Assembly: GCA_022813965.1 (NCBI GenBank)
Contig: JALDZS010000009.1
Location: 245,810 to 265,809, forward strand
Length of the DNA stretch: 20,000 bases
DNA from: Toensbergia leucococca
Lineage: Eukaryota
Direction: 5' to 3'
Below are positions 1 through 8,674 of this stretch, in pieces. The first letter of the stretch is position 1. Each line of letters starts with the position of its first letter. Below the pieces are notes generated by a model. That model did not search any database. It worked only from the letters and a program-made list of their open reading frames with translations, and was not told where the DNA came from. Both the position numbers and the translations under genes were made by a program.

Positions 1-1932
1 AAGACGCCGAAGTCCGCGGTTTTGAGAAAATGATCAGGTCCTCCAATTCTCAAACAAAGGAGAAGGACAATCTCAAAAGCCATTTGGCCAAAGCAAAACA
101 ATGGTTCAATCTGGATGATCGAGAATACCAACGGCTCCTAGATAGTCGACAAGCTTTCCTCCGACAAAGCTTGGAGAATTATCTTCTATGCCTCAAAGCT
201 TGCGATAAATATGACAATGACGCTTTGCGGTTCTCCGCCCTTTGGCTTGAGTACTCGGATAGCGAGATAGCCAATACGGCAGTCTCCAAACACATTGCCC
301 AAGTTGGAAGCAGGAAGTTTGCTCCGTTGATGAATCAATGGTCATCGCGTCTGTTAGACGACCCCAGCACTTTCCAAGTAACACTATCATCATTGGTTCT
401 GAGAATTTGCGTTGATCACCCTTTTCATGGCATGTATCAGGTTTTTGCAGGAAGCAAGACCAAAGGCGGTAAAGACGAGACTGCGCTGGCAAGACATGCT
501 GCAGCCCAGAATATTGTGAACCTCCTTAAGGTGCATAAGCATGCTGCCCCAACCTGGATTGCGATCCACAACGCCAACATAAACTACGTGAGATTTGCGG
601 CAGAGAAGCTTGACGATTCGAAGATCAAGCCGAGATCAAAAGTAGCCCTGCGCAAGTCAAGTTTCGGCCAGAAAATCGAGCAAGATGTCCCCGGCTACAA
701 GCTTCCACCGCCTACTATGAAAATTGAGCTACGAGCGGACTGCGACTACCGTCATGTGCCTATCATTGTGAGATTCCAGCCTGAATTTACCGTTGCTTCG
801 GGGATAAGCATGCCCAAGATAGTTACAGCCCTCGCATCTGACGGGCTGAAGTACAAACAACTAGTATGTTATGACCTTCATCCTTGCAATCTGTAGCTGA
901 ATCATCGATTAGTTCAAAGGTGGGAACGACGACCTGCGGCAAGACTCCATCATGGAGCAAGTATTCGAACAAGTCAGCAACCTCCTTCAATCCCAGCAAG
1001 CAACGCGACAACGCAGCCTGGGCATCCGAACCTACAAAGTCCTCCCCCTGACCGCTACCTCGGGCATCATCGAATTCGTCCCCAACACCATCCCCCTACA
1101 CGACTACCTCATGCCCGCCCACGAACGCCATTTCCCCAAAGACATGAAACCCAACGTCTGCCGCAAGCACATCGCCGACGCCCAGCCCAAATCCGTCGAC
1201 ACCCGCATCAAAACCTTCCGCCAAGTAACCGACCATTTCCACCCAGTGCTAGGCTACTTCTTCACCGAGCGCTTCGACAGCCCCGACAGCTGGTTCGACA
1301 AACGCCTCGCCTACACCCGCAGCACGGCCGCTATCTCCATCCTGGGCCACGTGCTCGGCCTCGGCGACCGCCACGGCCACAACATCCTGCTAGACGAAGG
1401 CACGGGCGAGGTCGTGCACATTGACCTGGGCATCGCGTTTGAGCAAGGCCGGGTGCTGCCCGTGCCCGAAGTCGTGCCGTTCCGCCTGACGCGCGACCTG
1501 GTCGACGGCATGGGCATCACCAAAACCGAAGGCGTTTTCCGCCGCTGCTGCGAATTCACCCTCGAAGCCCTCCGCACCGAATCCTACTCCATCATGACCA
1601 TCCTCGACGTCTTGCGCTACGATCCCCTCTACTCATGGTCCCTGTCGCCACTGCGGCTGAAGAAAATGCAGGATGCGCAGACGGAGGCGGCGGCGGCGGT
1701 GGAGGTGAAGGGGGAGGATCCTGAGGGGAGTCTTGGTGGTGGTGGTGGTGGCATTGGGGGGGGAAAGAGGGGGGATAAGGAGGCTGGGGAGGCGGAGAGG
1801 GCGTTGGAGGTTGTGGAGAAGAAGCTTGGGAGGGGCTTGAGTGTTACGGCTACGGTGAATGAGTTGATTCAGCAGGCGACTGATGAGCGGAATTTGGCGG
1901 TGTTGTTTTGTGGGTGGGCGGCTTATGCTTGA
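1..1932 (+). CDS. TEL1: Serine/threonine kinase Tel1/ATM (PIKK family), 3' part: end of FAT, kinase domain, FATC; 5'-truncated by the window edge
   Basis: Exons <1..863 and 913..1932. Intron 864..912 (GTATGT...GCTGAAT...TAG) restores [18 protein letters not shown] motifs [18 protein letters not shown] and [12 protein letters not shown] are present. The C-terminal FATC ends in [19 protein letters not shown], typical of ATM/Tel1. Confidence 0.96.
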
Positions 1933-2662
1933 CGGTTAGGGCTTTGGGGCTTTGGGTGGTTGGTACGATGAGCGGGGAGGGGGTGTGGTGGTGTGAGGTG
2001 TATGTGTGTGGGATGAAAAGTATTGGAATGAGATTGCTTACTTTTGATTGGTTTTATTTGTTTCCATACTGTCTGTAGGGGCGCCTTTTCTCTCTGCTCT
2101 TTTTCTTTACCGTTTTGTTGATTTACGCTTGTTTGTCTTGTGTAGGTATTCCTTTCTCAACTCCATAGATTTACGAAACGAACATCTCACGCATCGAACG
2201 TTTTCTCCCACCCAATTCACCCTTCTGAACCCAATGCCCTACCATGCCCCACCCTCTGCTTCCCAATCTTGCCCAATTTCACAGGAAAAGGGGCGACGAA
2301 ACAGGAACATTCAATTCTTCATGGAGGAAATAAGGGAACGTGGTATCATAGCAATAGAATTACCATATATTCTCTCTCTTGTCCGCAAGCGGAGCCCTCC
2401 GTTTTCCCACTTAATCAGAACACGTTTTTTGTGCTTGTGAAAAAAAAGACCAGCACGACCGAAAAGACCAAAAAGAAACGCCCCAACTGCAAAGTCCATG
2501 CTCCATGTGGGTATATCTGTCTGTTCGCCCAGCCGCAATGCATAGCAATTCAATCGACACTACCCAGCCCTCGCTCTATTGTACAGTATCAGAATGAAAT
2601 CGACGAGCCTTTGCCGTTCCCTCCAATCCGCATCCACCGATTAATGACAGGGACCTTCAATC

Positions 2663-4077
2663 TCAAAATTTTGTTTTGCCTTTATTTTTAGTCATGACTT
2701 TGATTTCTAGAGGGATGATTTGGTGGAGGTCTTTGCCTTCCTTCGGGCGGATGACTTTTTTGCGACAGACGGGGCAGCGGGAGGGGCCTTTGCCTGGGTC
2801 GGGACCTTGCTGTTCGCCGGCTATGAGGGCTTCCATTAGACAGGTATGGCAAAAGAGGTGACCTGAAGAGAAAAGCTATTAGTTTGGTGTCGATATTATG
2901 TTTGAACCTGTACGCGTTGCTGAGGCTTACCGCAATGTGTGACTGTGATATTCGTCATGGGTTCCATGCAGATTATACATTGTAGTGTTGATATTTTCAG
3001 CGGTTTATCGGCCTGTTCCTTCTGCGCTTTGATAGAATCCACTCGTTGCTGATCCAGAAGCTTCATAAGTCCCTTATCGTCATTCACATCCCTCAGGTCT
3101 ACTTCCTCAATATTACCATGTTCATCCTTAGCTGGGCTTAGTTCTGTTGATGGTCCTGCACCAGTCTTATTTCGCTTGGCCGGATTTGAGGGTGCTGCTG
3201 AGGAAGTTTTGAGGGTTCGCGGTTGCGACGCTTTTCGTTTGACGCTAGATGCAGGCATCATAGGTGGGGATAAATCCGCTGTGAGGTCGACAAATCTATT
3301 TTGGTCCTGAGGCGTAGGCCAAGATGATGGAGGAGACCCAAAAATGGACGTTCCTCCAGAGCTCCACGACAATTGGGAAATAGGGCGGGTGATGGGTGTA
3401 TAATTGCGAGATGATAGTGAGGCGATGCTTGGTAGGCGTGGAGAAGGAGTAGATTGTTCTCGGGGAGGGGGCAGTGTGTTTTCGTCTGACTGGTGAGGGG
3501 GCAAGACAGTTGGTATGGGGATTGTGAAAGGGTAGACAGCGCCGCCTGCTTCTTCGTCCGTCAATTCTATGAAAGGCGAGATAGGTTCCTCGGTATGTTG
3601 AGTAATCGGGATTTCGTACTGTGGAAAATGGAAGGAAGATGGTGACGGGTGAGCGTACGTGGAAGAAGTGTTTGTCTCGGGATGGCGGCTGGGTGGAGGT
3701 CCGATCTGTGGGGATGGAGGCAAAGGTGAGAAAGAATGGGCTGGTCCCTGTGAATACGAGCTAAAGGAGCTGTCGTCTGATTGAAGCGAAAATAAATCGG
3801 TTGGTAGAGGCAGAGTGAAAGGGAAAGCAGGCCCGTTTTGAAGTATAGGGTGTAGGTTCGGAAGTGTTGATGGGGGGTAAGTGGGAGTGATTATGTCGGG
3901 CGGAGGCGAAGGGACATTGGGCCTCTCAGGCTGGTGAATGTTTGAATCATGCTGGGTAAGTGAAGATGTATAGTGAGCAGGTTCAGACTGAAGGTATCCC
4001 CTCCACGGTTGATAAGGCTCTTGAGGGTACCAGGACCTTGCAGGAGAAGAGAAATCGGTCCAATCGGTCCCCTCCAT
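2663..4077 (-). CDS. RING-finger protein with SUMO-interacting motifs (STUbL subunit, Slx8/Rfp1/RNF4-like)
   Basis: Exons 4077..2931 and 2862..2663. Intron 2930..2863 (GTAAGC...ACTAAT...CAG) completes the RING: CIICMEPMTNITVTHCG|HLFCHTCL...RCPVCRKK. SIM-like motifs FIELTDEE, FVDLTAD and IEEVDL sit in a Pro/Ser-rich N-terminal region. The start codon is uncertain. Confidence 0.8.
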
Positions 4078-4387
4078 CAAACTTGGGATCAGAAGGTCTG
4101 CTGTAGATGCTGATGGACAGAGACTCTATGGTATGATACTAATGTAAGAATGAAACGCCATGACATCCAGCAGTGGCGATGACGTCCTAGACCTCGGGAT
4201 GGTCGAGGGAACGACAGCACGGCCTTGGGGAAGCTGATCTCTGTGGCTGTCGACTCCTATACAAATACCAAAATGTCTCTGCCCAGGGAGTGAGAGAGTT
4301 GGAGGAGAGATTCTACGACTCAATAAAAGAAAAGGAAATGAAAAGTTCAACCAAGGAGAATTCTAGAGGAGCGAGTAGATTATTCCA

Positions 4388-4430
4388 CCCCAATCCTAAG
4401 GAAAGTCACAGTCACAGTCATGGTACTAAC
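4388..4430 (+). repeat. Left terminal inverted repeat
   Basis: CCCCAATCCTAAGGAAAGTCACAGTCACAGTCATGGTACTAAC, the exact reverse complement of 5370-5412 (44 bp if A4387/T5413 are included). Confidence 0.95.
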
Positions 4431-4573
4431 TGAATCAGGTAATAATTAGGATGTAATCTACGCTTATTCCTCATGTTATCAACGTTACATTTATCTTACC
4501 ATAATATAATTTCGTTAGGATCTTGCTATTGCGACACCCCTTTATGCTACATTGACACCCCCCACAATACCTG

Positions 4574-4640
4574 ATTAGGCATTAGTGAGGCCCCGGGCGC
4601 AAGATCATCGAGGGAAATCTTTATCATTCTGCACCACATT
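4574..4640 (+). repeat. Inner inverted repeat, left arm (pairs with 5067-5125)
   Basis: ATTAGGCATTAGTGAGGCCCCGGGCGCAAGA...GGGAAATCTTTATCATTCTGCACCACATT matches the reverse complement of 5067-5125 with 2 substitutions and indels of 7 nt and 1 nt. Confidence 0.9.
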
Positions 4641-4746
4641 CACACTCACTCCTTGACCTCTTTTGTATGCCATCTACCTCCTCAATTGCATGTTATTAAG
4701 TAGCAAGCTTTACCTAGAGAATCTTCATGATTTTCTACAGAGCGAC

Positions 4747-4782
4747 GGCGGGGTTGAGGGCGGGGGTGAGGGCGGGGATGAG
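4747..4782 (+). repeat. 12-bp tandem repeat x3 (GGCGGGGNTGAG)
   Basis: GGCGGGGTTGAG GGCGGGGGTGAG GGCGGGGATGAG, followed by decayed ATATGAGGRCTG units up to about 4812. Confidence 0.85.
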
Positions 4783-5066
4783 ATATGAGGGCTGATATGA
4801 GGACTGATGAGGTGAAGAAGGATCATGCTGTTCAGGCAGATGATGAGCTGTTTACAGCGTTCAGGATGTAGATGATTCAGAAGGTAGAAAACATCACAAC
4901 TTTGTGATGTTTTTGCGCCTAGGGGGTGATCATGCGCCCGGGGGTGATGGGAATCAAGTCAGGATATGGTACAAAAGCATGCTTTTTCTCCTAGGTAAAT
5001 CAACTTCTAGATGGCACGCAATTGAAACAGGTAATTGACTTGCAAAGTGATAGAGAATTGAGGTAA

Positions 5067-5125
5067 AATGTGATGCAGAATGATAAGATTTCCCTCTTGC
5101 GCCCGAGGCCTCACTAATGCCTAAT
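5067..5125 (-). repeat. Inner inverted repeat, right arm (pairs with 4574-4640)
   Basis: Reverse complement aligns to 4574-4640 at 57 of 59 positions. Confidence 0.9.
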
Positions 5126-5369
5126 TGAGTATGATGGCGGGGGGGTACCAAGACCCTTTCGTTAACTCTTTTACACCAACCACCTAGATTTCTACCTCAT
5201 CTACCTACCTGTCCACCTAGGATGATGATCGTCTACAAAAGATGGAGGGGGAAATGGCGGAATACCCATTATATCCATGAAATGACGGTGAGATAAGTTT
5301 AGTGTTGGAGTAATTTTGGGTGTAACTTACATACATTTCTGCTTTAGTTCGTGGTTATCTCCCGAGTGG

Positions 5370-5412
5370 GTTAGTACCATGACTGTGACTGTGACTTTCC
5401 TTAGGATTGGGG
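5370..5412 (-). repeat. Right terminal inverted repeat
   Basis: GTTAGTACCATGACTGTGACTGTGACTTTCCTTAGGATTGGGG, the exact reverse complement of 4388-4430. Confidence 0.95.
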
Positions 5413-5636
5413 TTATGCCAGGCCTATTCTAGGCCGAGGCCTCGGTTTCGCTCCACAGCCAATCAACGTCTTACGGCCATTATGAATCAACCCCACACTG
5501 TCCCCGCATCCAGCTCATAGCGGAGGTGGCATATGGAACATATGGGCTGAGCCATCAATCTCAGTGCGCGCTTGCGCCTCTTTGCCTGTTCTCTCTCATC
5601 ATAGAGCTCATTCACTTGATCGAGAGTGTCTCAAAA

Positions 5637-7530
5637 ATGTCCGGTACAGCTCCTACCACTCAGTGCCTGTCTAACAGCTATTAATGCTAACAATCCCAAT
5701 CAGCCAAACACTTCCTCAATGACCCCACTCATACCGTCCTATCCTCCCTTCGTTCCGTAACACTCACCAATCCCTCCGTCATACTCGATGAGCCCAATAA
5801 AATACTGTACCGTCACCCTTCCTCTATTTCCACTCCTGAGAAGAATGTTTCAGTCGTGTGTGGCGGTGGCTCTGGCCACGAACCTGGCTTCGCTGCCTAT
5901 GTTGGCCAAGGTCTCCTCACTGCATGTGTCGCCGGTACCATATTCGCCTCTCCGAGTGCTCAACAGATTCGGACATGTTTGCTACAGAGGTTGCCCGCCA
6001 ATTCCCCTGGAACGCTTGTAATTGCCACTAATTACACCGGCGATGTCTTGAACTTTGGGATGGGGGTAGAAAAAGCGAGGGCTATAGGCAAGAAGGTCGC
6101 CATGGTAATTGTGGGGGATGACGTCGGTGTGGGGAGGGCCAAGGGCGGTAAAGTAGGGAGGAGGGGGATCTCTGGAGCGGCCCTTGTCGTCAAAATCTGC
6201 GGTGCGTTGGCTGAGGAGGGCGCAACCCTGGAAGAATGTGCGAGAGTGGGAAGGCTAGTGGTAGATAATCTGGTCAGTGTGGCAGCGAGCTTGAGCAGAG
6301 TGCACGTTCCTGGAAGGTCGATTGAGGAGGCTAAGGAAGAGGAGGAAAGGTTGGGCCTAGGCGTCGTAGAGGTGGGGATGGGTGTTCATAACGAGCCCGG
6401 GTGCGAGAAGATTAAAACCGATCTGCCAGGACTGGTGAAAACTATGCTAGCGCAGATGCTCGATTTGGACGATGAGGACAGGGCTTATGTGAAGGTCGAG
6501 AAATCGGATGAAACAGTACTCCTGTTCAACAACTTTGGTGGAGTAAGCAACCTGGAAATGGGCGCAATTGTCACAGAAGTTGTGACTCAACTCGGAAAAA
6601 GCTATGATTTAAAGCCCTTGAGAATTGTTGTGGGAACATATTTTGGGAGTCTAAATGGACCGGGATTTGGTATTACAATCCTGAGACTGACAGACACCGG
6701 CCTTGGGCCAGGCAAATCCATGCTTGAGCTTTTTGATGCCTCGGCCGAAGCAACTGGATGGCCTGCACCCATTAAAAAAGAGGCTTGGGAAAAGAAGTAC
6801 AATCCAGTTGAGGAAACAATCAAAGCAGATAAAACCAAGACACAACCAAGTAATTTGAGGGGTGTGCATATTGTTCGTTCCGTTGTGAAGTCAGTGAGCT
6901 GACTAGTAAGCAGTGAATCCAACGGAATTGAAAACAGTCCTGGAGTCTGCTCTAAAAGATCTTGTAGCTGCTGAAGCCGATGTTACCAGATTTGACACCA
7001 TTGTCGGAGATGGAGATTGCGGCGTTGGTCTGAAGCGGGGAGCAGATGGGGTTCTCCAGATGTTGCAACAGACCAACATAACAGATGACCTTATGATTTT
7101 GCTCCCAAAAATAGTTCAGGCCATCGAGGATACCATGGATGGCACTTCCGGTGCCTTGTACGCCATTTTCCTAAATTCACTTGTTCATACTCTTCGAGGA
7201 CAGGACCCATCTTCGCCAAAGCCTGTGACTCCTCAGATCTGGGCAAAAGCCCTGAAACAGTCTATGGAAGCTCTAGAAAGGTACACACCTGCCAAACCAG
7301 GCGATCGGACTCTAATGGATTCCTTATGCCCCTTTGTTGAAAAACTTGAGGAGACTGGGGATGTAAAGCTAGCTGCAGAGGCTGCAAAAGAGGGAGCAGA
7401 AAAAACGAAAGGTATGAAAGCAAGTTTGGGCAGGACAGTCTACGTAGGTGGAGAAGGGTGGCAAGAAGTGCCAGACCCTGGTGCCCATGGGTTGAGCATA
7501 TTCTTGAGCGGACTCGCAAACACTCTATAG
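5637..7530 (+). CDS. DAK1: Dihydroxyacetone (glycerone) kinase, fused DhaK-DhaL
   Basis: Exons 5637..5643, 5704..6861 and 6914..7530. Introns 5644..5703 (GTACAG...GCTAAC...CAG) and 6862..6913 (GTGTGC...GCTGAC...CAG). Starts MSAKHFLND. Dak1 motifs: GGGSGHEP, NYTGDVLNFG, VGRRG, GMGVHNEPG. Dak2 motifs: VGDGDCG, DGTSGALY, GDRTLMD, PDPGA. Confidence 0.96.
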
Positions 7531-7628
7531 CTAGGTGATCTTGCTCTCGGGCGAAAAGGTTGTATCAACACCTCCTTCAAAACGCTGATAGCCTTGCATT
7601 GTACCTGAGTACGTTTATGAACACGCGA

Positions 7629-8211
7629 TTAACTTAGTAATACTAAAATCACCGAGTCCCCTCTCAAGAACCTATGTCATAATGTCAGTTATATCTCTTG
7701 CAACATCCGGAAGGTCAAATTCGCCATGGCCTTGGAGCCAAAGAACTTACATTTTACTAATGAATCTATCTTTGTTGACTGGTCTTCCTTTTTTGCCCCC
7801 AGCAGTCCTCGGTGTTTCTGTCCACATTTCCTTTACGTTTTCCAAGACCATGTTGCAATGCCGATCAAAGGCCTTGACTCTCGCTAATAACTTTCGATTG
7901 TTACGGCATGAGATAAGCACTTGTGTGTGTGAGCGCACGGCGGTTTGTAGGATGGAGAGGGGGCCTGAGGTGAACTCGTGCTCCTCGAGCTGGGCGATCT
8001 CATACTCGCTATAATGTCGTTAGCACGACGAGCTTGTTTTAGGCAGGTGCGAAACGGAGGCGGGCGGGGGTCTTGGGCGGAAGGGTTGGACAGACGTGAG
8101 TTCGCTGCGAGCCTTGCTCAGGAGATCCCTGCACCATTGTCAGCGTCAGAGTGGCTCAAACGGCCACATGACCTAAGGATGAGTCACGTACTGAATTTTG
8201 GCGTCGGCCAT
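7629..8211 (-). CDS. SMD2: Small nuclear ribonucleoprotein Sm D2 (117 aa)
   Basis: Exons 8211..8192, 8128..8096, 8008..7751 and 7671..7629 splice to [38 protein letters not shown]...[31 protein letters not shown]...[21 protein letters not shown]. Three GT-AG introns with branch sites. Confidence 0.96.
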
Positions 8212-8674
8212 GGTGTATTTAAGAAGGATGTGGATGGCGCAAGGATTTCTTGTTCCTTTAAAGATTGAGGTGAGGTTGAGCTAGCTCGCTGCTCATTGGC
8301 CAGACGCACTAGCGCACTCGTCTTGTAGGGCTGTCTTGGCTGTTTATTCGCGTCACGTTTTCCGATGTGGTAAAGTACTCCGACCATACCTTTGCATCTA
8401 TCCTAAGCCAACCTTGGATACGATTCCTTTTCTATGACCACTCGTTAGCTCTCTTGATTGTAAGTCGTCTACGTGAACATCACGATACTTTACTTGCGTC
8501 CTATTTCATTTCCGGTCCATTCATCCCACCTTCTATGAGAGACCTGAATCGCGAATTTCATTCCAGCAATCCTCTCAAAGGCCCACTGGACTTCGCTTCT
8601 CATGACCGCAACTGCGCCAAGTAATCTGCCGAATTGATCTTGGTTGGGATCGGGCGGGGTCGTGAGGGCATGCA

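Larger units (their letters stand above)
4388..5412. mobile_element. Non-autonomous TIR/foldback element (MITE-like), 1,025 bp, probable 8-bp target-site duplication
   Basis: Perfect 43-bp inverted repeats at 4388-4430 and 5370-5412. Flanked by TTATTCCA (4380-4387) and TTATGCCA (5413-5420), 7/8 identical. Contains inner inverted repeats and no transposase-length ORF. Confidence 0.82.

Noticed and set aside
2048..2691. ORFs of 130 and 140 aa between TEL1 and the RING gene
   Set aside because: Non-ATG starts, low-complexity 3' UTR-like sequence and no recognisable domain.
4408..4420. CACAGTC units resembling the RSS/Transib heptamer CACAGTG
   Set aside because: Not at the element terminus and mismatched; the 8-bp flanking repeat does not fit the 5-bp Transib TSD.
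4954..5151. 65-aa ORF inside the TIR element as a possible transposase
   Set aside because: Too short, non-ATG start, lies on an inverted-repeat arm and has no transposase motifs.
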